64,000 bases of DNA from Candidatus Cloacimonadales bacterium. Its GTDB lineage: Bacteria; Cloacimonadota; Cloacimonadia; Cloacimonadales; JAIOQZ01. The notes under the pieces are model-generated. The model was not told where the DNA came from and made no database searches. It saw nothing but the letters and a program-made list of their open reading frames with translations. Where the stretch lies: the NCBI GenBank assembly GCA_963662655.2, contig CAXXTU010000002.1:2112001-2176000 (forward strand), read 5' to 3'. The position numbers and the translations under genes are program-made. Of this stretch, positions 47,256-57,713 are shown piece by piece. Every line of letters begins with the position of its first letter. Within the stretch, counting starts at the first letter, position 1.

Positions 47256-48602
47256 GGCACTGTTGCAAACTTAGTGGGTAAGTCGAAAAAAAGATTGAGA
47301 GGAATCACCCGATCTCGTACAATCTCCTAATCACCACAACAAGGAGATAGAGATGAATGATCCTCTCAGAAAACAAGTCTGTAAAACGTTGTTGGCTTTG
47401 CAAGGTTATTCTGCCGACCAGATAATCGAAGGTACGTATCAAACTTATCCATGCATTGAAGTCCATGTTCGAAAGGAAGATGAGCCACGTTGTCCTACAT
47501 GCGGTATTGTGGGAACAGTTTATGATCATCGAGTCCGCAAAATTCTTCATGCATCCATATCCTGTCGTCCCGTAGTACTTGTGCTGACGCTTCGCCGGAT
47601 CAACTGCGCTCAGTGTGGAGTGAAAACTGAACAACAGGATATTGCCGAGGGTCTCAATCGACACTCTAAAGACTTCGGCAATAAGGTTCTCCAGTTCACG
47701 CTTCGTTCAGACAATGCTTCTGTAGCACGGATATTCGGTGTGGATCGGAGTACGATTTATCGAATCGACAAAATTGAGTTATCCAAGTTGGAAAAGGGTT
47801 ATAGAGGACGAGTTCCGAATGTCGATCAGATTGCAATTGACGAGATTGGTTATAAGCGAAGGCATAAGTATGCAACGGTTATCACAAACCATGAGGACGG
47901 GCGTGTGATCGACCTGACAATGGGCAAATCGAAAGAAAGTGCGAAGGAGTTGTTTCGAAAATACGAACGACGACTCCGCTGGATTGATACCGTAACAATG
48001 GATTTCAGTGGTTCATATATCGGCGCTGTTTCCGAGTGTTGGAGTGCCGATATGATCGTATTTGATCGTTTCCATTTCAGCCGCCTGGTCAACAGAAAAG
48101 TGGAAGAAGTACGACGAGAACTTCAGAGAGATTTTGAATCTGACAAGTTGCGTCAGAGCAAGAAACACGACCGGTGGTTGGTTTTGACCAGAAAACACAA
48201 TCACAAAGAAAACCATCAAGCCCGACTCAAGAAACTGGAGACGCTAAATCATCCCCTTTACGAAGCCTATTTGCTCAAAGAAGATTTACTATCGATTTTC
48301 GAAGACGATATTACGCAAGAAGAAGCGAAGCCGATGATTGAAGAGTGGTGCAGAGTTATTCAGAAAACCGTCTTCGAGCCACTGAAGGCACTTGCAAGAA
48401 CGATTATGAAGAGATTGCATATTGTGTTGAACTGGTTCAAGCATAGAATCACGAATGCCAAGGCAGAAGCGGTTAACAACGTCATTCGAACCATTATAAA
48501 GAGAGCGTATGGATACAAGGACTTCTCATACTTCAGATTGAAGGTTCTGCAATGTTGCGGATATCTGAATACCCATTCACCCACTTAATATGCAACAGTG
48601 CC
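47256..48602 (+). mobile_element. ISL3-family insertion sequence, 1347 bp
   Basis: Left end GGCACTGTTGCAAACTTAGTGGGT versus reverse complement of right end GGCACTGTTGCATATTAAGTGGGT; single transposase; AT-rich flanks; no clear target duplication. Confidence 0.92.
47353..48588 (+). CDS. ISL3 transposase
   Basis: Zn finger CPTC..CAQC; IAIDE; VTMDF; VFDRFH; TNAKAEAVNN..IKRAYGY. Confidence 0.95.
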   Translation: MNDPLRKQVCKTLLALQGYSADQIIEGTYQTYPCIEVHVRKEDEPRCPTCGIVGTVYDHRVRKILHASISCRPVVLVLTLRRINCAQCGVKTEQQDIAEGLNRHSKDFGNKVLQFTLRSDNASVARIFGVDRSTIYRIDKIELSKLEKGYRGRVPNVDQIAIDEIGYKRRHKYATVITNHEDGRVIDLTMGKSKESAKELFRKYERRLRWIDTVTMDFSGSYIGAVSECWSADMIVFDRFHFSRLVNRKVEEVRRELQRDFESDKLRQSKKHDRWLVLTRKHNHKENHQARLKKLETLNHPLYEAYLLKEDLLSIFEDDITQEEAKPMIEEWCRVIQKTVFEPLKALARTIMKRLHIVLNWFKHRITNAKAEAVNNVIRTIIKRAYGYKDFSYFRLKVLQCCGYLNTHSPT

Positions 48603-48669
48603 TTAATTAATAGCATTTTATCGATGTCGTCAACAAAAAAACAATAATCCTGAATATATATCAGGTTTT

Positions 48670-50667
48670 CTACTGAGCAAGCCTGTACAGCCGTCCCTCT
48701 CCGGGAGGAATCTCGATGGAAGCATTTCCTTTGCTGTCTATGTTGATTTGCGCTTGGTCAAAAACTTCTTCCAAATGCCAGTGGCGGCTGTATGTATTAT
48801 CGAAGGAAAGGGTGATGATCTGCGATGGAGCCGGCTCGAAGGCATCATCGACGTCCAGCCCTGTACCGCCGACGTTCAGCATCGTTCCTCCGCGAGAACA
48901 GTTACCGTCCCGGAGGAAATTCGTGCGACGATTGACCAGCATCAAGTAAAACTCATCCCCCTGGAAGATGCCTACTTCGACGTACCCTTCGTACTCCGCG
49001 GTCTTCTCGCTGGATTCCACCTCGACTTGCCGGATTACCGGAGTAATCGCGGTGATTTTCTCCGGATCGCGATCCGCCCCGAGCCACGTAAGACCTGCAA
49101 GCGCTTTTCCGTACACGGCTATACGCTCGTTCGATCTTGCGATTGCCTCGTACTGCGGGGTCATCTCGCCGTTCTCGTCAATGGGCGATCGATGGTAGAA
49201 ATACTTCCACTTGCCGTCTCCGTTCTTCCTCCACGACGGCACAAACTTCCAGTCGAACATGCCGTCCGCGCCATAGCAGAGCGGAAGATAGCGCAGGCAG
49301 GCGACCATTTGCGAGGGCGGAAGGATTTGGCCTTTCCACTCGCCCTCCGAAAGGCTGTTCCCATACCAGAATCCCGTCGTCTGGTTGATCGTGAAGAATT
49401 TAGCGCTCCTGGCTAGCGTCGCTTGCTTGTGCCGGCGAAACAGATCGGTGAGAAAATCCAGCTTCTTCTGTACATGCGCTTTGTCTGACGGACTGTACTT
49501 GTTCCACCTCGTACCGGAAGAGATCGGGTAGATATCCAGGCAAAGGTAGCCGGTTCCGGACTGGTCGAGATAGTCTTCCCAGCTCTTGTAGCTGTTGCCC
49601 GAATCCAGATACATTCCCAGCCAGTTGGCAGTCATGACGGGGATATCGGTCGTGCGAGGCTTGTTGACGATGTCGTTGAGAATGCCGATGCTTTTGAATT
49701 GGGGTGCACAGGGTTCGTCCTTCGCGTAGATACCGTGCAGGTTGTCGAAGCGAGACAGGGATTCGAGGCGGTTGCTGATGAGCTCTGTGTAGCGGCCGCT
49801 CTCCAGGTCGCGATATACGTCGTCGAAGATATCCAGATAATCGATATTCAACACCCCGTCTCCGTGCCAGTAGAGCTCGAAATCGAGCGTCGAGACCTTG
49901 GTGGCCCTGTCGAAACTCTTGGTGCACAATCCGGGAATTGCGGACGTCGGGCAGTAAAAAGTGAAATCCTGATATCGCTCTTCAAGATCGCGTTTGTAAA
50001 GGGTAGTGGAGTACTTACCTGCCGATCGCAACGGAATGGAGATCGGCCTCTCCTTCAGATCGTTCTGTCGACACGAGAGTGAAAAGCTTACAACCGGCTT
50101 GTCTTCGGGAACATCTTTTACGGATGTCTTCCAGGAGAGACACACCCGAAAGAAAAGCGTGTCGGCGATGGCGTACTGGAAAATGTACCGGGCAGGTTCA
50201 CCATTTATCCTGTACTGCACATCCTTCAGGGCGTATCCCACACGATCCTTACTATCGTCGCACACCCACGAATCATTGCCGAGGCTTCCCGTTTGCTGAC
50301 CGAGGGAATACCAGCTTTCCTGTGGGGAGTTGGGTGTTGCGTCGGGACTGGATTCGGCTTCGAAGCGCTGGAAATTAGCTCGGGTAAACTCGTAGAAGCC
50401 GGGCGAATTACCGCCGCTTCGATCGATAAGCAGCACGTCCAGACCAAATCTAGCGGATCGTGCGAGAAGGGTATCGGCCTGATTCGCTTCATCGCCCAGG
50501 GTCTCGACCAGGTGAAAGGTATAGCCTGCCCGAGCGATCTCCTCGTAGTACTTAAGACCGTCACGCGCTTTCAGGTAGGAATAGGTACCGATTGGGTACG
50601 CGTCGCCCATGGCCGATGCGGCCATTGCGAGGAATACGAGAACGATACATAAAATCCATCTCATCAT
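48670..50667 (-). CDS. Secreted hypothetical protein, possibly with a glycoside-hydrolase-like barrel
   Basis: Signal peptide after ATG 50667, coupled (ATGA) to the upstream C25 gene; YAKDEP, LDIYPI, YGADG motifs. Confidence 0.6.
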   Translation of the reverse strand: MMRWILCIVLVFLAMAASAMGDAYPIGTYSYLKARDGLKYYEEIARAGYTFHLVETLGDEANQADTLLARSARFGLDVLLIDRSGGNSPGFYEFTRANFQRFEAESSPDATPNSPQESWYSLGQQTGSLGNDSWVCDDSKDRVGYALKDVQYRINGEPARYIFQYAIADTLFFRVCLSWKTSVKDVPEDKPVVSFSLSCRQNDLKERPISIPLRSAGKYSTTLYKRDLEERYQDFTFYCPTSAIPGLCTKSFDRATKVSTLDFELYWHGDGVLNIDYLDIFDDVYRDLESGRYTELISNRLESLSRFDNLHGIYAKDEPCAPQFKSIGILNDIVNKPRTTDIPVMTANWLGMYLDSGNSYKSWEDYLDQSGTGYLCLDIYPISSGTRWNKYSPSDKAHVQKKLDFLTDLFRRHKQATLARSAKFFTINQTTGFWYGNSLSEGEWKGQILPPSQMVACLRYLPLCYGADGMFDWKFVPSWRKNGDGKWKYFYHRSPIDENGEMTPQYEAIARSNERIAVYGKALAGLTWLGADRDPEKITAITPVIRQVEVESSEKTAEYEGYVEVGIFQGDEFYLMLVNRRTNFLRDGNCSRGGTMLNVGGTGLDVDDAFEPAPSQIITLSFDNTYSRHWHLEEVFDQAQINIDSKGNASIEIPPGEGRLYRLAQ

Positions 50668-53600
50668 CGAACCAGAAGGAATTTCTGCGTTACCGTTTGC
50701 CTGCCTGTCTTGATCCGCGCAAAGTAAACGCCGCTGGCGGCATTCTTGCCGGAGGCGTCTTTCAGGTTCCATACGACGGCTCGCTGATCGGCAATACGGA
50801 AGCTCCGTACCTTCTGGCCTCTGATATTGAACAAATCGATTTCTGTATCCTTGCCCAAGGCGTTCGAGAACGCAATGGTCAGGAATTGGCTTCTCGTAAC
50901 CGGGTTCGGGAATATGTTCAGCATGAGGGGCTCTTCCGTGTCGTTGTCCACGTCATTGTCGTTAACCGGGATCAGGTAGGCGAATTGATCGATGAACACG
51001 CCGATATCATCCATGTTGCCGTACTCGTTGAAGCCTTCCAGTTCCTCGGCGTAAAGGAACTCGAAACGCAGCCGGAACAGGCTTCCAGGCACGGGTGGCG
51101 CAAGCAACATTTCATTCGGATTGAAGCGGTATTCCGACCAGTCTCCTTCTATATAGACTTCCGGCGCGGGACGTCCGCCTTCGAGCGCTCCGCCGGAGCC
51201 GAGGAACAGAAGCGTATCCATCATGGCCTCGGTCTCGAACACGACGAACACCCCGTCGTCACCGTACATGGGCATCTTGTACTTGTACTGGAAGCTGATA
51301 TCCGCGTCGGACATGAATGGTTGCCACGGTGTGGCGATCGAGTAGGTCCCGGGTGATTCCGGGCGGCATGAAAGGCTTTGCGATCCTTCGTACGAATAGG
51401 TGTCAACGATCTGCCAGGCGTCGTCGCCCTCCCAGGTATTTTCTCCTTCGAAATCCTCCGACATACTGATATCCCCGATAGGCACCTGAATGATCATCGC
51501 GCACGAGAATACTTCAGCTCTCTCGTATGTCTGGAATACGAACATGAACCGTCCGAGAAAATCGTCGGGAGCGCTTTCAGACACCGTCAATGGAATGCTG
51601 CATTCGATCGTCCCTCCAACCGGGAAGATGTCCATGAGCTCGAGAGGCATAACGGGGAAATTACCGTAACCGCCTAGAACGTTCGAGTAGATGGTCATGC
51701 CAGTCGTCGAAAGCGTTCCAGTGTTTTCGAGATTGAGGTGAATATTGTATAGATATTCGGATTCCCGCTCCACCTGTACGGAGGTAGTAACAAACGGTTT
51801 ATTCGGATAGGCGTAGGTCGAGTGCGTGAAGAGCTCTTCGCCGTCCTGAAGGATTTGGATGTCGATTCTCATCGTCTGATTCCAATCCGGTTCATCTTGC
51901 GTACTGACCATGCTTCCGGCCACGTTGAAAGGCGTAGACTCTGAGTTCGCCGGCAATACCAGGCTTCCTTCCGGGTTGACGAATGTCAGGAGACTGTCCT
52001 GGGGTGACGAAACGTTGTACTGGATGGTTAGCGGCTCGGAGCCGGGATTTGCCAGATGGACTTCAAGGCCGAAATCTTGTCCGGGAGTCAAAAGGTTGTC
52101 GCCGCCGTCCCAAAGCAAGTTGCTGATGTAGGGTCGCATACCGGTTTCGGCCGAGAAGTTCTCGACAATCACCGGCTTGAATCTCGGTGCGACCACGCTC
52201 AGGGTGCCGGTTGCGGGTTCATCGAAAGCGATTGTCGCTCTACCGCTGGCGTCGGTTTGCGCGCGAAGTGTGGGATTCAGCGCCACCCATGCTCCCTCCA
52301 CAGCGCCGTGATAGCTCCAGACATCGACGATGATCGAGTTTTGTGTGGTGACGACATTGTACTGTAGTTCGCAGGGATTTTCCGCGAAGAGCCGGAAGGC
52401 GGAATCGCCGATCATGTTGAGCTGATACGCGCACCACTTGTACACCGATGTCCCCGGATACATGGGGATGAAGGGTAGTTTTTGCATGACGTTCACTTCC
52501 GAAACCAGCTCGGTTTCTTCGAAAAGGATGCGGAAGAACTCTTTCTGGAAATACTCGGAGAAACCGAATCTGGGTGCCGATGGAGCCCCCCAGCCGTAGC
52601 GGGAATTTCCCACGTACGCGAGGAATCCTCCTGTGTCCGGCGTCACGAGCCTTTCACCGACCGAGTTGTAATCCATAGCCGCCGACCAGCAGCCGATCGA
52701 GTAGAAGAGGCCGGTGCTGTTCTCCATGTTGTTCACGTTTTCAACCCGGATACTACCCTCTTCGAGCGAAAGGACGGAGGTGGAGGCGTGCCCGGTATGC
52801 TGAAAGATATTCGGATTCTGACTGATCAAGTCCATTGCGTTGGCAAGGCTGTTCTCCTCGTCGTAAAGCAAGGATATGTCGTAGCTATCCGGGAAATAAC
52901 GCTCGTAAATATATTGCTGAGCGAGCTCGCTGTCACTCCCGGGCCATAGCTGCATGGAAACGCCGCCGGCGAACTCATAGTCTTCGATCTCGCCTTTCTC
53001 GTGCGCAATCAAACGGTCAACGTACGACTCGACCTGCGCCTGCGTGGAGGCCGAAATGCGTGAAAGAAAAACATCCGGCAAGTAGTCGGGATTGTCGTCG
53101 TCTTCGCCGTAAATACCATTCGCGTTCGCGTCCCAATCGCCATCCAGCGCGGCGTAATACATATCTGCGGGGATGATGTTCTCGTCTTCGTATATGCCAT
53201 ACGCGCAGTCGAAGGCGAAGAAGTAGCGAACCGGTATGATGTCATTGTCTCCTGCGAGCGTGACGAAGGCGACTTGATATTCGTTCACCATCTCGATGAT
53301 GTAATTACGAATCTTCTCCTGCGTGTCGCCGCCTTCCTCGTTGGCTTCGATCCACTGGACTGTTTGCGAGTAGGTGTCGTACCCGCATCGGTAACGCCAT
53401 GCAAGGAGAGGTTCGTATGCGGGAAGAAGGTTATCGCCGGTTATCAGCAGGTAGGCGGATGCTGTGCGCTCGCGGACAGCTTCGTTCAGCAGCGTTGCAG
53501 CTACCCGGGCAGATGCCGGCGTATTCGCGATGGAGGGCTGAATCGTATCTTCGGTAAATTGGATTTCGAGGTTCATGGATTCGGGGACTTCAAGCGTCTG

Positions 53601-54047
53601 ATTTTCGATATCGTATAGACACCTGTACACGGCAATCCATCCGATCGAACGGTTTCCGCTAATCCCGCTGCCGTAGCGATAGAGATAGCTCGCAGGATTC
53701 TTCTCGGGAGAGATCGATTCGATTCGCGATATATTGATATACTGACTGAGTGGCGCCGCTTGCTGCACGGGACTCAGGGGACTGGCTAGGTGTATGCTCT
53801 GAATACCGGTTGCCTGGATTTGAACATCGGAGATCGATTTGCCGTAGGGGAGTTCGAAAAAGTGGGTGACGACCGGAATGTCCGGCGCACCGGGTTCGGG
53901 TGTTTGAAAGGATGCCGATTCGGTTATCAACCGTGTGTTTCCGGCATCTCGTGTTTGTTCGAGATGGGGGAGATCAAGCGTGATCGTTTCCGAGAATATC
54001 ATGCAAGACCAGATAAGCAGTATCAGGGCAACAATGTTTTTTTTCAT
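50664..54047 (-). CDS. Gingipain-like C25 cysteine peptidase with CTD
   Basis: Signal peptide; LAGD; DMYYAALDGDWD; HTGHAS and SIGC dyad; GNSRYGW; NMIGD; C-terminal IFPNP...IFNIRGQ-like...QKFLLVR. Confidence 0.9.
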   Translation of the reverse strand: MKKNIVALILLIWSCMIFSETITLDLPHLEQTRDAGNTRLITESASFQTPEPGAPDIPVVTHFFELPYGKSISDVQIQATGIQSIHLASPLSPVQQAAPLSQYINISRIESISPEKNPASYLYRYGSGISGNRSIGWIAVYRCLYDIENQTLEVPESMNLEIQFTEDTIQPSIANTPASARVAATLLNEAVRERTASAYLLITGDNLLPAYEPLLAWRYRCGYDTYSQTVQWIEANEEGGDTQEKIRNYIIEMVNEYQVAFVTLAGDNDIIPVRYFFAFDCAYGIYEDENIIPADMYYAALDGDWDANANGIYGEDDDNPDYLPDVFLSRISASTQAQVESYVDRLIAHEKGEIEDYEFAGGVSMQLWPGSDSELAQQYIYERYFPDSYDISLLYDEENSLANAMDLISQNPNIFQHTGHASTSVLSLEEGSIRVENVNNMENSTGLFYSIGCWSAAMDYNSVGERLVTPDTGGFLAYVGNSRYGWGAPSAPRFGFSEYFQKEFFRILFEETELVSEVNVMQKLPFIPMYPGTSVYKWCAYQLNMIGDSAFRLFAENPCELQYNVVTTQNSIIVDVWSYHGAVEGAWVALNPTLRAQTDASGRATIAFDEPATGTLSVVAPRFKPVIVENFSAETGMRPYISNLLWDGGDNLLTPGQDFGLEVHLANPGSEPLTIQYNVSSPQDSLLTFVNPEGSLVLPANSESTPFNVAGSMVSTQDEPDWNQTMRIDIQILQDGEELFTHSTYAYPNKPFVTTSVQVERESEYLYNIHLNLENTGTLSTTGMTIYSNVLGGYGNFPVMPLELMDIFPVGGTIECSIPLTVSESAPDDFLGRFMFVFQTYERAEVFSCAMIIQVPIGDISMSEDFEGENTWEGDDAWQIVDTYSYEGSQSLSCRPESPGTYSIATPWQPFMSDADISFQYKYKMPMYGDDGVFVVFETEAMMDTLLFLGSGGALEGGRPAPEVYIEGDWSEYRFNPNEMLLAPPVPGSLFRLRFEFLYAEELEGFNEYGNMDDIGVFIDQFAYLIPVNDNDVDNDTEEPLMLNIFPNPVTRSQFLTIAFSNALGKDTEIDLFNIRGQKVRSFRIADQRAVVWNLKDASGKNAASGVYFARIKTGRQTVTQKFLLVR

Positions 54048-54250
54048 ACCTAGCTCTCCGTATTTATATATGTGGCATAACCTTTTCATTTAACATAACG
54101 ATTCAGAATTTTCGTCAAGCAATAGATTCAATTCGTGCAAAGAATATTCCAACGGGATGAAAGCCTAACAATGAGAAAATACCCTCTGGTTTGAGCATGC
54201 AAGACTTGACAGCAATGTTCGGCAATCTACAATCATGCGCGGAGGTTACA

Positions 54251-54946
54251 ATGCCCGATCATAAGCTTTTCGATGAGAAAACACGCTCGTTTTACCGAAG
54301 ACTCGAGCTGAACAACGATAAAGAATGGTTCGAAGCGCATCGCAAGGAGTATAATCAAACAGTGTTGGATCCTGCGAGAGAGTTTGTGGTTCGAATGGGG
54401 CAGAAGCTTGCAGATTTGCGCCCGGATTTGGTCTACGCTCCCAAGATCGATCAGTCCATCTTCCGCATCTTCCGGGATATTCGTTTCAGCAAGGATAAGA
54501 GTCCGTATAAAACCTTTCTGGGAATTTTATGGTGGGAAGGTGCGAACAAGAAGATGGAGTGCCCGAGCTTCTATTTCCAGTTGGACTGCTCAAGGATTTT
54601 TCTCGGGTGCGGATTGTACCAGTTCAGCAAAAAGCAATTGGAGAAGTACCGTCAGGTACTGACGGACGATTCGAGCGGTAAGGAGCTGATTCAGGCGATC
54701 AATCAAAGCGATGCGAACGGTGAGTTCGAAATCGGCGGCAAATACTACAAGAATGTCCCCCGCGGCTTCGATAAGGACCACCTTTACGCCGATTACCTGA
54801 AACACAACGGGTTGTACTTTTCATATACCTCCGAGTTTCCCAAAGAATTCGGGACGGAAGCCTTTGTCGAGTGGTGTCTACGGCAGTACAAAGAGATGCT
54901 TCCGCTCCATAACTGGCTTGTAAAAGTGTTTGGAGAAGAAGATTGA
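54251..54946 (+). CDS. DUF2461 (TIGR02453-like) protein
   Basis: NNDKEWFEAHR.EY; FRIFRDIRFSKDKSPYK; VPRGFDKDH; GGAGG RBS. Confidence 0.88.
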   Translation: MPDHKLFDEKTRSFYRRLELNNDKEWFEAHRKEYNQTVLDPAREFVVRMGQKLADLRPDLVYAPKIDQSIFRIFRDIRFSKDKSPYKTFLGILWWEGANKKMECPSFYFQLDCSRIFLGCGLYQFSKKQLEKYRQVLTDDSSGKELIQAINQSDANGEFEIGGKYYKNVPRGFDKDHLYADYLKHNGLYFSYTSEFPKEFGTEAFVEWCLRQYKEMLPLHNWLVKVFGEED

Positions 54947-55416
54947 ACCATAAAATGCGTAGAGTCGATAGAGAAATTACACAGGTGGAAGATCTGGAAA
55001 GCATTCTCCGGGAGGGGGAGTTTTGCACTCTTTCGGTCATTGATTCCGGCGTTCCATACATCATACCGATGAATTACGGATTCGAGAGCGGCGTCATGTG
55101 GTTTCACAGCGCGCCGGCCGGGCGAAAGCTCGATGCTTTCAGAAAGAATCCCGGGGTTTGCTTCAATGTAACGATCAGTTACAAGATGATTCGCAACGCT
55201 GAATTCTCACAATATACAAGTTATTATAAAAGCGTTACCGGTTGGGGGAAAATCGAGATTGTGGATACCCCCGCCGAGAAAATCCAGGGATTGAACACGT
55301 TGAAAGAGCATGTCCATTTCGATGGGGAAGCCAATTATCCGAAGTCGTTATTGGAGCGCGTGGCAGTTTTCAAGCTGGTTATCGATGAGATGACCGGCAA
55401 GAAGAACGGCTATTGA
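54943..55416 (+). CDS. Pyridoxamine 5'-phosphate oxidase-family (NimA-like) flavin-binding protein
   Basis: MRR.DRE; PYIIPMNYG; FHSA..GRK; Y.SV.G.G; TGK. Confidence 0.88.
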   Translation: MNHKMRRVDREITQVEDLESILREGEFCTLSVIDSGVPYIIPMNYGFESGVMWFHSAPAGRKLDAFRKNPGVCFNVTISYKMIRNAEFSQYTSYYKSVTGWGKIEIVDTPAEKIQGLNTLKEHVHFDGEANYPKSLLERVAVFKLVIDEMTGKKNGY

Positions 55417-56204
55417 TTCTCGATGATGCGATAGACTTTTTCTCTTTCCGAGCGCAGGATACTTACGTGGTCGCCGCCCGGCACTTCGAAAAAACCAACA
55501 CCGTCTGTCTTTGCGAGTTCTCTACTCATCGTCACGGGGATGGATTTGTCGTTGTCCCCGTGGAAAATGGTGATTGCAATCTCAGGATTCTGGCTGCGGA
55601 TTTCCGCTATACGCTCGATGTTGTTCATGCCGTTTGGGATAAGCCAGCCTAGAAGCCCGAGTCTTCGAACGAGGAGTTTACGCAATTTTGTGAACGGCGC
55701 CATCAGAACGATTGCTCGAGGCGTTTTGTATTTTACGAACTGAAGCGCTGCGCCGGTACCGAAAGAATGCCCGACAAATATCATTTTACCGCTGAAGTAG
55801 GTGGATGGGGCGGCTAACTTCTTTGTGAGAGCCTGGAGTGCGTATTCGGGCGTTTCCCATGCGTATTGGGGACGAAGGTTACCCTGGCTTTTTCCTCTAC
55901 CCGGGTAATCCATGAGGAGAAATCCAACATTATCCTGCGGGAAATTGACGGCAAAATCAAGCCAGTCGTAGGCGCGAGAGCGAATTCCCGGGAACACGAG
56001 AACCAGCTTTTCGGGTAAACCTTCGCCTGCGTAGTAATAGTACGAAGCTTGATATCCGGCACGGGTTTGGTAGGTGATCATATCGAGGTGGTTGCGATTT
56101 CGGATGCCTGCCGCTTCTTCGCGGTTATAGGACAACTGCGAGCCGCAGGCGGTTACAACGATCGTGATGATCGCGGATACGAAGGGGATTCTAGATTTTA
56201 CCAT
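55410..56204 (-). CDS. Alpha/beta hydrolase, putative lipoprotein
   Basis: VTAC lipobox; DYPGRG; GHSFG nucleophile; HGDND; GGDH. Confidence 0.85.
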   Translation of the reverse strand: MVKSRIPFVSAIITIVVTACGSQLSYNREEAAGIRNRNHLDMITYQTRAGYQASYYYYAGEGLPEKLVLVFPGIRSRAYDWLDFAVNFPQDNVGFLLMDYPGRGKSQGNLRPQYAWETPEYALQALTKKLAAPSTYFSGKMIFVGHSFGTGAALQFVKYKTPRAIVLMAPFTKLRKLLVRRLGLLGWLIPNGMNNIERIAEIRSQNPEIAITIFHGDNDKSIPVTMSRELAKTDGVGFFEVPGGDHVSILRSEREKVYRIIENQ

Positions 56205-56385
56205 GACTTGATATCGAAAGCGGATTCGAGTGTGTCAAGAAATCAATTGAGAGGGCGTGTGGTGCGGGAAGAAATGCATGAGCAATCTCACGTCTTCATG
56301 TATAATGTAATACGATGCCGACGCGTTGGAAAGAGAGATCGAACGAATCTACTCAATACTCCCGTTGGCTGCAATTCTCCAATGC

Positions 56386-56418
56386 AAAAAAACGCGGAGC
56401 TTTCGACTCCGCGTTTTT
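56386..56418 (-). terminator. Terminator of the pil operon (bidirectional type)
   Basis: AAAAACGCGGAG/CTCCGCGTTTTT. Confidence 0.85.
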
Positions 56419-56436
56419 CATATTTACAAGGTCCGT

Positions 56437-57690
56437 TTATTTCATACCATGACTGATAGCAAGACCGAGGTTGAAGATCGGTAGATAGATAACCACGATA
56501 ATCGAGCCTACAACAGCAGCCATAAGGATAATCAGAATGGGCTCAATCAGTGAGGTCAATCTGTCAATCACCGCGTCAACGAGTTTCTCATAGAACTCGG
56601 CAGCTTTCAGAAGCAGCCTGTCCATATCACCAGTTTCTTCACCGGTAGCTGTAAGCTGAATCAGCGTTGAAGGGAAGGAACCCGCTTTACGGAAAGCGTT
56701 TGCCACGCTGTATCCTTCTTTCACCATCACGCGAGACTTACGAACGGAATTCTCGACCACAGCGTTCTGGACCACGTTTTCAACGAGTTCCATCGTATCC
56801 ATGATCGGGACACCTGCCGCCATAAGAATACTGAATGTACGGGCAAATTTACTCATGATCGATTCCTTGATCAGCTTACCCAGAACAGGTATTTTCAGCT
56901 TTACAGAATCGATGATGAAACGTCCACGGTCCGTAAGGTACACCAGGAAGAACGCCAGTATGAACAGGAACAACAGAATCAACGTCATGATGATGTTGTC
57001 CCTGATATAATTACTGATCGAGATTGCAACCAGTGTAGGACCGGGGAGGTCTGCTTTGAAACGCGAATAAACTTCCGCGAACATAGGGATAATATAATAA
57101 AAGAGGCCCCAAACCACGCCGACGAGGAAGAAGATGATGAAGATCGGATAAGTCAGTGCGCTGTACACCTTCCTGCGCGTATCTTCGATCTTCTCCAGAT
57201 AGTCGGCCAGCTCGTCGAGAACCGTATGGAGCGTACCGGAAACCTCACCCGCTTTCATCAGTGCGACATAAAGCGGATTGAAGACACCCGGGTGCTGCTC
57301 TAACGCTTCCGAAAGGCTGAACCCTTTTTTGATATCATCAGTCAGTTTTCGAAGAACACGCTTGAATTTCTTGTTCTTCTCTTCTTTTTCCAGATCACTC
57401 AAGGCTTTTTCGATGGTCAAGCCGGCTGAAAACATAGTGGAAAGCTGTCGTGTGAAGAACACGAGTACCTTCAGCGAGACGCCTGTTTTCCATTTATAGA
57501 AAGTCAGCATGAGTTTATCGAAGAGCGAAAGCTTCCCTGAGAACGCGCCTTCCGACGCACTCTTCACAGAAATTATCGTTCCGCCTTCTTTACTCAGCTT
57601 TTCAATGGCTTCGTCCAGAGTAGCAGCTTTAACCCTGCCTTCCAGTCGGGCACCTTTCGCATCCTTGATGATGTACGAAAATGTTGCCAT
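56437..57690 (-). CDS. pilC: Type IV pilus / T2SS platform protein (GspF family)
   Basis: FTRQLSTM..AG; AGEVSG.L; YP; GEETG; IEP; YLPIF. Confidence 0.92.
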   Translation of the reverse strand: MATFSYIIKDAKGARLEGRVKAATLDEAIEKLSKEGGTIISVKSASEGAFSGKLSLFDKLMLTFYKWKTGVSLKVLVFFTRQLSTMFSAGLTIEKALSDLEKEEKNKKFKRVLRKLTDDIKKGFSLSEALEQHPGVFNPLYVALMKAGEVSGTLHTVLDELADYLEKIEDTRRKVYSALTYPIFIIFFLVGVVWGLFYYIIPMFAEVYSRFKADLPGPTLVAISISNYIRDNIIMTLILLFLFILAFFLVYLTDRGRFIIDSVKLKIPVLGKLIKESIMSKFARTFSILMAAGVPIMDTMELVENVVQNAVVENSVRKSRVMVKEGYSVANAFRKAGSFPSTLIQLTATGEETGDMDRLLLKAAEFYEKLVDAVIDRLTSLIEPILIILMAAVVGSIIVVIYLPIFNLGLAISHGMK

Positions 57691-57713
57691 AATCAATCCT
57701 TTTGATCTTGATT

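Noticed and set aside
46907..47308. N-terminal 134-aa extension of the TPR kinase in the ORF track
   Set aside because: Runs through the junction element and the IS end; a good RBS and ATG exist at 46906.
56292..56320. loxP/dif-like appearance (GTATAATGTAATACGA)
   Set aside because: No proper inverted arms, no XerD arm, and no recombinase nearby.
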